Numbered from the stretch's first letter, positions 9,612-18,978 are shown. The stretch is DNA of 64,000 nucleotides from Planctomycetota bacterium (GCA_965228735.1 OZ245838.1:2272001-2336000); one strand, 5' to 3'. The notes: generated from the letters alone by a model not told the origin. A program made the numbers and translations.

Positions 9612-10222
9612 GACTCGAGCGCTCCGCTGCGCAACGCCTTCAACTGCAGCGCGAGCTTGGGCAGCGCGCGCTGGAACCGCATCCGCGCCGCGTCCTCGCT
9701 GAGCCCCATGCGCCGACCGATCTCGGCGAAGTCCAGCTCGTGCCATTGGCGCAGCATGAGGATCTTGCGGTCTTCGGGTTCGAGGAGTTCGAGCGCGAGG
9801 CGCACCCACGCGTCCTGCTCGTTCCTGGCCACCGCCGAACCCGGCTGGGTCACCGCCTTGCCGCCGCCATCGAGATCGAGCACCGAATCGGGCGGCAGCT
9901 CGCGCTCGCGGGCCGGCGCGCGCTTCTGCGCCGAGTGGAAGTCGTGCGCGTCGCGCAGGTGATTCTCGACGATGCGGGCAACGAGCGCGCGGAACCGCGC
10001 CCGGTCGTTCGTCAGGAAGCGCGGCACGTAGCCGAGCAGGCCGATGACCGCGTCCTGGACGTAGTCCATCGTTTCACCGCGCGCGCGCAGGAGAGCCCCG
10101 AGCCGGCCGTGCACGTAGTCACGAATCCAGGGCAGATCACGGGCCACCAGCGCGTCGATCGCGGCGCGATCGCCGGCGTGCCACTTCTGCAACAGGACTC
10201 GGGTGTCTTCGCTCTCGGCCAT
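9608..10222 (-). CDS. ECF sigma-70 factor (kinase-associated type)
   Basis: GDRAAIDAL region 2, ETMDYVQD, region 4 HTH LDFAEIGRRMGLSEDAARMRFQRA. Confidence 0.9.
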   Translation of the reverse strand: MAESEDTRVLLQKWHAGDRAAIDALVARDLPWIRDYVHGRLGALLRARGETMDYVQDAVIGLLGYVPRFLTNDRARFRALVARIVENHLRDAHDFHSAQKRAPARERELPPDSVLDLDGGGKAVTQPGSAVARNEQDAWVRLALELLEPEDRKILMLRQWHELDFAEIGRRMGLSEDAARMRFQRALPKLALQLKALRSGALES

Positions 10223-10326
10223 CCGGGCTCGCCGAGGCGCGCTGTGTGTGACGGTCGCACACACCGCGCCGGCCACCCGGATGATCGGCGGTCGTGCCGG
10301 GGCTGGCAAGAGGCGCGCCCCGTTCG

Positions 10327-11385
10327 TCAGTTGTGATCGAAGAGCGTCACGACGCCCCAGTTGCGGTAGGCGTTGCCCGTCGGGGCGGTGGCGCTGGACT
10401 GGTTCCAGAGGATCGACATCGCGGGATCGATGCCGATCTGCATCTGATCACCGTTGCTGACCACGACGCCACCGGGCGCGAAGAAGTCGAAGCAGACGCA
10501 CTGGCTCGAGATCGTGAGATCGTTGAACAGGCGGTCGTTCGGGATCGGCACGGAGAACGTGTAGTTGCCGCTCGCGTTCGTGGTCGCCGCGACCGAGAAC
10601 AGGTTCACGAGCGAGACCTGCCCCATGCAGAGCGGGTTGATGGCGGGAAAGAACGGCTGCATCGCGTACGGCGCCTGCAGCGGCTGACCGAGGTTGATGA
10701 ACCAACCGGCCAACTGGCTCGCCGGCGCGTCGCGGAGATCGCAGTACCAGGTCTGTCCGACTCGCGTCGGCCGACTGTCCAGCTCGGGGATCTCGTTCCC
10801 GGAGTGGGCGCAACCGTCGGGCCCCTGGATGTTCGGCGACAGGAACTGGCAACGGTCGAGCGGGTAGCTGAACGAGGCGCCGCCGTTGTTGTTGGCGATG
10901 ACGCGCCACTCGACGAGCAGGTTCTCGCTCGGGTCGAACGTGTACGGCGTCGTGAGCGTCAGCCAGATGTACGGATCCTCAGGGTTGGGGTTCAGCACGT
11001 TGTTGAGGTCGGGCATCGTGAACAACGCCGGCCCGAATACCGTCGTCGGCGAACCGAGGTAGTTGGCGTCGTAGTTCGTCAGCATCGAATCGGCGTCTTC
11101 CTGCGTCTGGCCCATCCGGACCTCGAGCTGCAGGGACCTGCCGTACGCGATCTGGGTGCCGTTCGCCCGGAAGCCGATCCGGGTGATCTGGCGACCGGCC
11201 GGGACGGTGATGTCCCACGACTCGTAGAGCGCCATCATGCGACTCACGCCGGACGAGTACGGGAACCAGTTCTGCGACGAGAAGCCGTCGGGAACGGCTG
11301 CATGGTCACTCGGGAAGGTCGCGGTGCCCTGCGCGAGCAGGCTGGTGGTGAACACGAGGAGAGCGATTGGACGGATGGATTTCAT
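10327..11385 (-). CDS. Secreted protein with the shared domain followed by a short extra tail
   Basis: Signal peptide MKSIRPIALLVFTTSLLAQ; DGC...PTRVG...IPND...SSQ...VSNG followed by about 35 further residues. Confidence 0.85.
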   Translation of the reverse strand: MKSIRPIALLVFTTSLLAQGTATFPSDHAAVPDGFSSQNWFPYSSGVSRMMALYESWDITVPAGRQITRIGFRANGTQIAYGRSLQLEVRMGQTQEDADSMLTNYDANYLGSPTTVFGPALFTMPDLNNVLNPNPEDPYIWLTLTTPYTFDPSENLLVEWRVIANNNGGASFSYPLDRCQFLSPNIQGPDGCAHSGNEIPELDSRPTRVGQTWYCDLRDAPASQLAGWFINLGQPLQAPYAMQPFFPAINPLCMGQVSLVNLFSVAATTNASGNYTFSVPIPNDRLFNDLTISSQCVCFDFFAPGGVVVSNGDQMQIGIDPAMSILWNQSSATAPTGNAYRNWGVVTLFDHN

Positions 11386-11661
11386 GGCTCGATCTGGGGG
11401 CACGGCAGCGGATTCCGCCGGCCCGACCCTGATGAGCGGGATCGCGGCCAGCCACCGAACGGGCGATCACGGTTTTTCGGCGACGTTTCGGATTCGCGCG
11501 CGATCCGGCCGCAGCGCGATCACCGCCGCCGCGAGCCGCGTGGCGACGCCAACCCCCTCAGTGACATGAGAACCTCACCGCGACCGGCAACCCCGATTGT
11601 TGGCCGACCGAATGCCGGGAACGCGTTCAGGCCACCGACCGCCACCCATTGGCCACCACTC

Positions 11662-12159
11662 ATGACCGACATGTCCGACACCGCCACCGTTCCCGAACTC
11701 ACCACCATCCGTGAGCAGCACACCAGTTCGCTGCGTTTCAACGTCATGCCCGGCAAGCCGGTCGAGGAGGACCTTCAGGTCCGCGAGTATCGCGTCGGCA
11801 AGCGCTACGCCGAGGCCCACTTCGACCGCACCTACCGCAGTTCGATGCAGGCGAGCCCGAGCCATCTGATCTTCCTGTCCGTGCAGATCCACACGCAGAA
11901 GGTGCTCTACCTGCTGCTCTGCCGCGAGTTCGGCTTCGAGTACGACCCGGACGGGCCGGAGCGACTCAAGATGTGGCCGACCAAGTTGAACGTCGCGATC
12001 CCGGAGCTCATCGCCGAAGAACGCGATCTCGTGCAACGGGTCTGGATCCGCAAGATCCGCAAGATCCGCAAGATCCGCGACAAGGCCTACAAGGTCTCGA
12101 TCGAGACCCGCGTGGGCTCGCTCAAGGTCGAGGCCGACGTTCCGACGTTCCTGCTCTGA
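11662..12159 (+). CDS. Hypothetical protein, possible hotdog fold (FcoT/AfsA-like)
   Basis: 165 aa; SHLIFLSVQIHTQKVLY central helix followed by beta-strand pattern; fold is inferred. Confidence 0.55.
   Translation: MTDMSDTATVPELTTIREQHTSSLRFNVMPGKPVEEDLQVREYRVGKRYAEAHFDRTYRSSMQASPSHLIFLSVQIHTQKVLYLLLCREFGFEYDPDGPERLKMWPTKLNVAIPELIAEERDLVQRVWIRKIRKIRKIRDKAYKVSIETRVGSLKVEADVPTFLL
12046..12078 (+). repeat. 9-bp tandem repeat ATCCGCAAG x3 plus partial copy (encodes IRK-IRK-IRK-IR)
   Basis: Directly visible: atccgcaag atccgcaag atccgcaag atccgc. Confidence 0.9.
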
Positions 12160-12172
12160 GCCCGAGGCCCGC

Positions 12173-12778
12173 ATGATGCTGCTCGAGACCATTGGAGTCG
12201 TCGCGTTCCTCGCCATCGGCGTCGGCTCGCATCGACTGTACGAGCCGGACCACCGCAGCCGCGGCTACGCGGCCGGGCGGCCCGGCCCGATCCCGTCCCC
12301 CCGCGGCTTCCGCGGCGTCTATCACTGGATCCGAAGCTCGACGATCGCGATCGGCATCACCGCGCTGCTCGTCGACCACCCCGCCCTGCTCCCTTTCCAC
12401 CGCTCGTCGATCCTGCTGCTGGTCGGCGTCGTGATCGCGATCATGGGCTTCGGCGTGTTCGCGGCCGCGAAGCGCACGCTCGGCCGCCACTACGCGCCGT
12501 GCTTCGACGCCTACCTGCCGACGAGCATCGTGCGAACCGGACCCTACCGCTTCGTACGGCACCCGATCTACACGGCCAACCTCACGACGATGGCCGGCCT
12601 CACGATCGCGTCCGGCAGCGGCTGGCTGTTGGCCAACACGCTGCTGCTCGGCGCCTACTACTGGCGCACGGCGCAGATCGAGGAACGTGCGCTCCTGATC
12701 CGGGTCGACGGCTACGCGGAGTACGCGCGGGTGACAGGTCGATTCCTGCCGCGCGCGTGGACTCGACGGGCGGCGTGA
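12173..12778 (+). CDS. Isoprenylcysteine carboxyl methyltransferase (ICMT/PEMT/Ste14) family membrane methyltransferase
   Basis: IVRTGPYRFVRHPIY, IEERAL, YAEYARVTGRFLP; several TM helices. Confidence 0.9.
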   Translation: MMLLETIGVVAFLAIGVGSHRLYEPDHRSRGYAAGRPGPIPSPRGFRGVYHWIRSSTIAIGITALLVDHPALLPFHRSSILLLVGVVIAIMGFGVFAAAKRTLGRHYAPCFDAYLPTSIVRTGPYRFVRHPIYTANLTTMAGLTIASGSGWLLANTLLLGAYYWRTAQIEERALLIRVDGYAEYARVTGRFLPRAWTRRAA

Positions 12779-12793
12779 GCCGCCCGCGCACTG

Positions 12794-13150
12794 TCAGGCC
12801 GTCTTGGTCTCGGCACTGAAGTAGCGCACGAACGTGCTGCCATGGTGCAGCGACAGCGCCGCACCGGCCTTCGTCTGATCCCACCCCGTGTCGCTCTGAC
12901 GCGAGAAGACCACGACGGTGGTCGAGAGCTTGTAGCCGTCGGGCCAGGCGCCGTCAGCCATCGCGTCCTCGGCAGCAGATCGAGCCGCGTCGAAGAGATG
13001 CATGTTCTGCGTATCGAGATTCATCGCCTCTTCGACCTCGGCCGCGAGCTTGGCCTTGAACAGGTCATAACAGTCGGCACCAACGCCGGTGGGGTCGTAC
13101 TTCCTTCCTTCCGAGTCCGAGCACTTCGGTTCAATCGCGATCTCAGGCAT
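12794..13150 (-). CDS. Hypothetical protein (118 aa)
   Basis: ATG overlaps the upstream stop (ATGCCTGA); protein-like composition. Confidence 0.65.
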   Translation of the reverse strand: MPEIAIEPKCSDSEGRKYDPTGVGADCYDLFKAKLAAEVEEAMNLDTQNMHLFDAARSAAEDAMADGAWPDGYKLSTTVVVFSRQSDTGWDQTKAGAALSLHHGSTFVRYFSAETKTA

Positions 13151-14294
13151 GAGCTTCTCCGTTGGGATGATGGGCCTCGCGACCGATGTCATCGCGCAAG
13201 GCGTGGGCACACAACAAACTGAATCGTTCCGACAACGCGGCGCAGCCGGCCTGGGTCACCCCGTCGTAGCTGTTTCGCAAGCGCTGCAGCCGAGCCGTTG
13301 AGAACCGGCGCTCGTCGCGCCAGGCGAAGCCATAGCTGCCGAACGTCCGGCAACCGCCGTTCCAGTACAGCTCGAGGAACATCTCGGCCGTTCGCACGAA
13401 CACCGGCAGGACCTTTTCCCATACGGCGTGCCTGGCGCTGGCCTCGTCGCGACCGATCATGAACAGGGCGAACTCGGCCAGGAGGAAGTAGTTCAACCCG
13501 TTGGGCGCCCCATGGGTCTCGAGCCGGCTGACGTCACCAGTCGCGGCCCGCGGAATCTCCAGGTCACCGCACGTGAACCGCTCGAAGGCCCGGTCGATCT
13601 TCTCATACGTCTTGGGATCGTCGAGGCTGCCGAAGTGCTCGAAGAGCTCACAGATATCCTCGCCGACTCCGAGTGCGAACTCGACCGTCTTGCTCGCGGG
13701 CTCGTCATCCGACACGTCCGCACATCCGATCCGCAGCCTGGCTCGCGTCTTGAGCCCGATGCTCAACAGGTAGGTCAGGGTGTTCATCAGGCGCGCCGCC
13801 TTGGGGCTCAGAAGGCGCGGGTGACTCATCCGATCGAGCTCGTAGAAGAACCGCATCGCCGCGGCCTTCGGCTCCGACCTGGAGTTGGCGTGCGTCGCCG
13901 CCGCCTCGTCGCGTTCGACCTCCCGCACCCGTTCCTCGCGACGCGCGAAGATCTCCTCCGTGGTCAGCTCAGCAGGCGTCGGATCGCTCGCATCTTTCGG
14001 GGGCGGATCCCAGACCGTGTTCGCGACGACCGGCGGTTCATCCGTCCAGTCGATCTTCACGCTCGGCGCGTCGCGGTCGAAATCTGCGGCTGCATCGATC
14101 TCGAACGTGAACTCGCGCTGCTCCACGTCTCGCGGCGTGACCGTTTCGCCCGCGAACGCCACGCTCTGGATCCGCGCGCGGTTCGACGCCAGTTGCACCG
14201 TCACCCGCCGCGGGGATTCGGAGTCCGGCGGCGCCAGCGGGAGGACGGCGAGTTGCCGGCAACGGGAGAGGTTCGCGGAGTAGTCGAAGGCCAT
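13143..14294 (-). CDS. Hypothetical protein (383 aa)
   Basis: ATG 5 nt after the kinase stop with AGGA RBS; globular composition, no recognised family. Confidence 0.75.
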   Translation of the reverse strand: MAFDYSANLSRCRQLAVLPLAPPDSESPRRVTVQLASNRARIQSVAFAGETVTPRDVEQREFTFEIDAAADFDRDAPSVKIDWTDEPPVVANTVWDPPPKDASDPTPAELTTEEIFARREERVREVERDEAAATHANSRSEPKAAAMRFFYELDRMSHPRLLSPKAARLMNTLTYLLSIGLKTRARLRIGCADVSDDEPASKTVEFALGVGEDICELFEHFGSLDDPKTYEKIDRAFERFTCGDLEIPRAATGDVSRLETHGAPNGLNYFLLAEFALFMIGRDEASARHAVWEKVLPVFVRTAEMFLELYWNGGCRTFGSYGFAWRDERRFSTARLQRLRNSYDGVTQAGCAALSERFSLLCAHALRDDIGREAHHPNGEAHA

Positions 14295-14299
14295 CGGTC

Positions 14300-16810
14300 C
14301 TACCGGGCAGAGCGGGCACAACGGAACCCGCGGTTGTAGTTGGCGTAGCTGTCCTCGGGACCACCGCGCATGATCATCGTGAGCGTGCTGCGCCGCGGTT
14401 CGGCGGTCCAATCCTCACCGGCGACGAGCCGGGTTCCGAAGCGTGCCACGAGCCGATCCCCGACGCGCTCGGGCGCGAGGCTCTCGCACCACTCGGACAC
14501 GTTGCCGAGCAGGTGATGGATGCCGGTCGCCGTGGCAGCCTCCGGCGCCGACCGCACCGCGACCGCCCGCTCGAAGTAGCGATCGAGCTTCTCGGTCATG
14601 GTCGTCGTCGAGACCACGGACTGGCGCGTGTTGCCGCGATAGCTGCCGTCATGATCCGGCCACGGGAACTCGCGGCCCTCCTCGCCGCGCGCCGCGAGCA
14701 TCCACTCGGCGTGGCTCGGCAACCGCTTGCCGACCCACTCGGCGTAGTCCCGGGCGTCCACCCAGCTCACGAACGCGACCGGCAGCAGGTCCTCGGGCGA
14801 ACCCGCGACGACCCGCGCCAAGTGCGGCGGTTGGCGCTTCTGCGGATGCGCCGCCAGGAACGCCCGGTAGTCCGCGTTCGACACTTCGTAGCGGTCGATC
14901 CAGAACGGCCGCACGGTGAGCACCTTGCCGTTGATGCCGGACATGTTCGCGGCGGCGTCCCGGTAGGCAATCTCGCCGCGCTCGATCCGCACCATGTCGT
15001 CGGTGCCGGTCAACTCACGGATCGTCGACTGGATCCTGAGCTCGGGGGCCATCCGCCGAGTCTGGCGCGTGAACTCGCGAACGCCGAGCGTCGCCGTCGC
15101 GACGCGGATTCGAACGAGCCCGATCGGCAGCTCGTGCCGCTCGACCGGCAACGCCCCGAGCGGCACGAACTCGCCGGGCTGCCCCGTGATCGGATCGAGC
15201 AGCGCGTACGACGCGTCGCCCTGGACCGCGGCCCCAGCGTCATCGAGCAGCCGCACCGTCAACCGCGGCGCGAACGGATTCTCGTCCAGCGCCGCCACGT
15301 GCTCCGGCTCCTCCCGGAACAGGATCGCCAGGTTCCCGCGGATGCCGCGCGCCTGCAGGACGAGCGCGTCGTCACCTTCGGCGAGGCCGCGCGCGAGCGA
15401 GTCGGCTGCGGAGCGCTCCCACTCGCGCCGCAGCTCCTGGACTCGCGCCTCGATCTCGCGCACCAGCGCCGCGACCGCCGGGCCGGCTGCGTCTTCCCGC
15501 AGGATCTCGGCATCCCGCCGCAACCGCAGGAGATCCTGCAGGTCCGCGCGATCGAACCTATCGAGCGTCGCCCGACACCGCGTCACCACGTCATCGCGAG
15601 CCGTGCGCCTTGCCTCGACCGTCGACCACCACCAACCGCCGGTCGCGAACAGGATCGCGCCGAGACCGATGGCAGCGCCCCGGGCGTGACGCACGGCGAA
15701 CCGTCGGGTCCGCTGCCAGACGGTCGGCGGCTTGGCGTCGATCGCTTCGAAGCGCAGGAAACGCCGCAGGTCGGCGCCGAGCGCGGCCGCGTTGCGGTAC
15801 CGATCTTCGGGATCGCGTTGCATCGCCTTGCGTACGATCAGCTCGAGGTCACGCGGGATCGACGGATTCAGACGCCGCACGGGCCGCGCCTCGGAAGTGC
15901 GGATGCGGTGCCAGATCTCCGCCGGTGAGTCGCCCTTGAACGGCTGTTCGAGCGTGAGGCACTCGTAAAGCACGACGCCGAGCGAGTAGACGTCCGTGCG
16001 CGCGTCGACGGACGCCTGGGCCGCCGTCGTCTGCTCCGGGCTCATGTAGTGCACGGTGCCCGCGAACGTGCCGGTCATGGTCGCGTTCCCGAGCAGCTCG
16101 TCACGCGCCAGCCCGAAGTCGACGATGTGAAGCTCCCGATGCTCGCGATCCACGAGCAGGTTCTGCGGCTTGATGTCACGGTGCACGATCCCCGCGGCAT
16201 GCGCGTGCTGCAACGCGTCCGCCGCATCGGCACACAGGGTCGCGACGATCCGAACATGTTCGGGCTCCCCGGGCCGCGGCAGGAGCGCCGCCGCCGAGCG
16301 CGCGCGCTGCAGCTTGATCTCCTTGCCGAGATCGTGCCCCTCGATGAGATCCATCGAGAACCAGTTGGTCGGTCCTTCGTGCCCCGTCGCGTGGATGCCG
16401 ACGATGTTGGGGTGATGCAACCGCGCGATGCGCTGCGGCTCGGAGCGAAACCGGTTCAACTGCCCCGGCGTCGTCGTGATCCCGGCTTCGAGCACCTTGA
16501 CGGCCACGTCGCGCTGCAGCTTCACGTCGCGCGCCCGGAACACCGTCCCGGTCGAGCCGCGCCCGATCACTTCGACGAGCACGTGACCGGCGAGCTCGCG
16601 GCCGGCTGGCGGCGGCTCCGGATCCTCGACGCGCGGTCGCCCGGGCTCGAGTTCGCCGCTCTCGAGCTCGACGGCGAGCAGCGACATCACCTCGTGATAC
16701 AGCGCCTCGTCGTCGCCACACGCGGCGCGGACGAACGCCTCGCGCTCGTTCTCCGGTCGCTCCCGAGCTTCCCCGTGGATCTCGCTGACCCGCTCCCAGC
16801 GATCCGTCAT
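14300..16810 (-). CDS. Ser/Thr kinase fused to a C-terminal FGE-sulfatase (SUMF1-like) domain
   Basis: GRGSTGTVF, HRDIKPQN, DFGLA, GTVHYMSPE; TM; FWIDRYEVSN, KRLPSHAEW, GNVSEW, GFRCA; ATGA overlap with the ECF gene. Confidence 0.92.
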   Translation of the reverse strand: MTDRWERVSEIHGEARERPENEREAFVRAACGDDEALYHEVMSLLAVELESGELEPGRPRVEDPEPPPAGRELAGHVLVEVIGRGSTGTVFRARDVKLQRDVAVKVLEAGITTTPGQLNRFRSEPQRIARLHHPNIVGIHATGHEGPTNWFSMDLIEGHDLGKEIKLQRARSAAALLPRPGEPEHVRIVATLCADAADALQHAHAAGIVHRDIKPQNLLVDREHRELHIVDFGLARDELLGNATMTGTFAGTVHYMSPEQTTAAQASVDARTDVYSLGVVLYECLTLEQPFKGDSPAEIWHRIRTSEARPVRRLNPSIPRDLELIVRKAMQRDPEDRYRNAAALGADLRRFLRFEAIDAKPPTVWQRTRRFAVRHARGAAIGLGAILFATGGWWWSTVEARRTARDDVVTRCRATLDRFDRADLQDLLRLRRDAEILREDAAGPAVAALVREIEARVQELRREWERSAADSLARGLAEGDDALVLQARGIRGNLAILFREEPEHVAALDENPFAPRLTVRLLDDAGAAVQGDASYALLDPITGQPGEFVPLGALPVERHELPIGLVRIRVATATLGVREFTRQTRRMAPELRIQSTIRELTGTDDMVRIERGEIAYRDAAANMSGINGKVLTVRPFWIDRYEVSNADYRAFLAAHPQKRQPPHLARVVAGSPEDLLPVAFVSWVDARDYAEWVGKRLPSHAEWMLAARGEEGREFPWPDHDGSYRGNTRQSVVSTTTMTEKLDRYFERAVAVRSAPEAATATGIHHLLGNVSEWCESLAPERVGDRLVARFGTRLVAGEDWTAEPRRSTLTMIMRGGPEDSYANYNRGFRCARSAR

Positions 16811-17409
16811 TCGGCGAGTTCGCGTTTGAACCAGGCCTTCGCCGTCGTCCACTTCCGACGCGCGGTCCGCGGCGCGAGCCCGAGGATCGCGGCCGCTTCT
16901 TCGACCGACTGCCCGAGGAAGTACCGCAGCTCGACGATGCGGGCGCCGTCCGGATCCCGGTCCTTGTACCGCTCGATCAGGTCGTCGAGTTCGATGACAT
17001 CGATCGCCGCCTCCTGCCACTGGCTCGCGAGCGCCGCGTCGAGCACCTCCGAGATCGCGACCGTCGCGCCTCTCGGCGAGCGCTTCTGCGCTGCCTTCGC
17101 GCGCGCGTGGTCCGTCAGGATCGTGCGCATCGCCGTCGCGGCGAGCGCCATGAAGTCGGCACGCTGACCGGATTCGACTCCCGACCCGCGGCACAGCTTC
17201 AGGAACGCCTCGTTCACGAGCGCCGTCGGCTGCAAGGTATGCGACGCGGCTTGCCGCGCCATCTCGCGGCGCGCGAGCGCATGCAACTCGGCATAGAGCA
17301 GCGGCAGGATTTCCTGCCAGGCCGTCTTGTCCCCTGCCCGCAGTCGCTGCAACGCCGCGTCCACTGCCGGGTCCGAACCGGACCCGTTCTCTACAGCCTT
17401 CTCCACCAT
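16807..17409 (-). CDS. ECF sigma factor, TIGR02999/ECF43-like
   Basis: LYAELHALARR, HTLQPTALVNEAFLKL, MRTILTDHARAKAAQKR, IVELRYFLG, WTTAKAW. Confidence 0.92.
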   Translation of the reverse strand: MVEKAVENGSGSDPAVDAALQRLRAGDKTAWQEILPLLYAELHALARREMARQAASHTLQPTALVNEAFLKLCRGSGVESGQRADFMALAATAMRTILTDHARAKAAQKRSPRGATVAISEVLDAALASQWQEAAIDVIELDDLIERYKDRDPDGARIVELRYFLGQSVEEAAAILGLAPRTARRKWTTAKAWFKRELAE

Positions 17410-17575
17410 AGGACGGGTAAAGGTAAGGAGATCCGCACTGCCAGTAAAGGGCGGAGACAGCCGCGCCAGCATCGTGGTCATCAACCGGGGGAACGGCAAA
17501 CGGCCGGCGGCCCGGCCAGAAATCTCGGGACGGAAGGGTCCGCCGCGCACCGACACGATCCCAGCCACCCCCCGT

Positions 17576-17608
17576 TTGACATTTTCGAAGTTTCAGTCGA
17601 TACTGAAA
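17576..17608 (+). promoter_or_regulatory. Sigma70 promoter overlapped by a palindromic operator
   Basis: TTGACA at 17576-17581, 17-bp spacer, GATACT at 17599-17604; inverted repeat TTTCAGT-CGAT-ACTGAAA at 17591-17608. Confidence 0.75.
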
Positions 17609-17611
17609 GTC

Positions 17612-18145
17612 ATGAAGCTAACCCCGGCGATGGAGCGGTTCGTCCAGCACTGGGGCGAGATGGGCCCGCGGTGGGGCGTGAACCGCAGCGTGGCCCAGAT
17701 CCACGCGCTGCTCTACCTCGCGGCAGATCCGCTGCCGGCCGAGGCGATCGCCGAGACCCTCGCGATCGCGCGGTCGAACGTGAGCATGAGCCTCAAGGAA
17801 CTCCAGGGGTGGGGCATCATCCGGATCGAGCGGATCCGCGGCGACCGGCGGGACCACTTCACGAGCGTGCAGGACGTCTGGGAGCTGTTCCGCGTCGTGC
17901 TGGACGAACGCAAGCGGCGGGAGGTCGACCCGACGATCGAGGTCCTGCGGGAATGCGCCGAGCTCGGCAAGCGCGGGCGCGGCCGGGCCGAGATCACGGC
18001 ACACGAACGCATCACGCACATGCTCGACTTCTTCGAGGTCGGAGCGGCGTGGTACCAGCACGTTCGGGTGCTGCCGGCGGCGATGCTCAAGACGTTTCTC
18101 AAGGCCGGCGCCCGCGTGCGCCGGTGGCTCGGGCGCGCCGGATGA
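17612..18145 (+). CDS. GbsR/MarR-family transcriptional regulator
   Basis: FVQHWGEMGPRWGVNRSVAQIHALLYL...ARSNVSMSLKELQGWG...GDRRDHF. Confidence 0.92.
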   Translation: MKLTPAMERFVQHWGEMGPRWGVNRSVAQIHALLYLAADPLPAEAIAETLAIARSNVSMSLKELQGWGIIRIERIRGDRRDHFTSVQDVWELFRVVLDERKRREVDPTIEVLRECAELGKRGRGRAEITAHERITHMLDFFEVGAAWYQHVRVLPAAMLKTFLKAGARVRRWLGRAG

Positions 18146-18978
18146 CTCTTTCGGAGCTCACTCCTTCGTGGCTCTCGACTTCAATGATTTCTGAACTCCT
18201 AGAACTTCAAGAACCAACCCGGGACCCCGACCTGGTGTTGGGAATGCCGCGTTGGGCTTGGACCTGGGCCCTCGGCCTCGGCGTCGTCCTCGTCGCCAAG
18301 CTCGCGCTCGCCAGCGGCCGTGATCGGGTGACGCTGGCGTGGTGGCTGTGGCCCGGCATGGACGCGGACCGGTTCCACGCCCGGCCACCGACTCCCGTCA
18401 CCACCTCCGAAGTGGTGACCACGATCGTCGAGACGGTCCTCGGCGCGGCGCTGGTCTGGGGCGTCGTCCCCCACCTCACCCACCGTGACCTCGCGGCGTG
18501 GGTCGGCCTCATCGGTCTGGGCCTCGTGCTGCACTTCGGTGTCGCGCGGCTGCTGTCGATCCACTGGCGGCGGCGCGGCTACGAAGCGCGGCCGCTGTTC
18601 GACCGACCGCTCGCGTCGCGGTCGCTCGGCGAGTTCTGGGGGCGACGCTGGAACATCGGGTTCCGCGATGCCGCGGAGCGCTGGATCCATCGCCCGCTGC
18701 GGCGCCGCCTCGGCCCGCGCGGCGCGACCGCCGCCGTGTTCGCCGCCTCGGGCGTCGGCCACGACGCACTCCTCTCGCTGCCGGCGGGCGGTGGCTTCGG
18801 CCGCTGCACGCTCTACTTCGCGATCCAGCTCGTCGGGGTGCTCGGCGGGCACCGGTTGCGATCGCGGGTCGTCACGCTCGCGTTCGTGCTGCTGCCCCTA
18901 CCGCTGCTCTTCCACGGCCCGTTTCGCAACCGGGTCGTGTTGCCGTTCCTCGACGCCATCGGAGCCTCGACATGCTGA
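18142..18978 (+). CDS. Membrane-bound O-acyltransferase (MBOAT_2/wax synthase-like)
   Basis: PLASRSLGEFWGRRWN and VFAASGVGH (catalytic His); start uncertain (18142 by ATGA overlap, or 18244). Confidence 0.8.
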   Translation: MTLSELTPSWLSTSMISELLELQEPTRDPDLVLGMPRWAWTWALGLGVVLVAKLALASGRDRVTLAWWLWPGMDADRFHARPPTPVTTSEVVTTIVETVLGAALVWGVVPHLTHRDLAAWVGLIGLGLVLHFGVARLLSIHWRRRGYEARPLFDRPLASRSLGEFWGRRWNIGFRDAAERWIHRPLRRRLGPRGATAAVFAASGVGHDALLSLPAGGGFGRCTLYFAIQLVGVLGGHRLRSRVVTLAFVLLPLPLLFHGPFRNRVVLPFLDAIGASTC

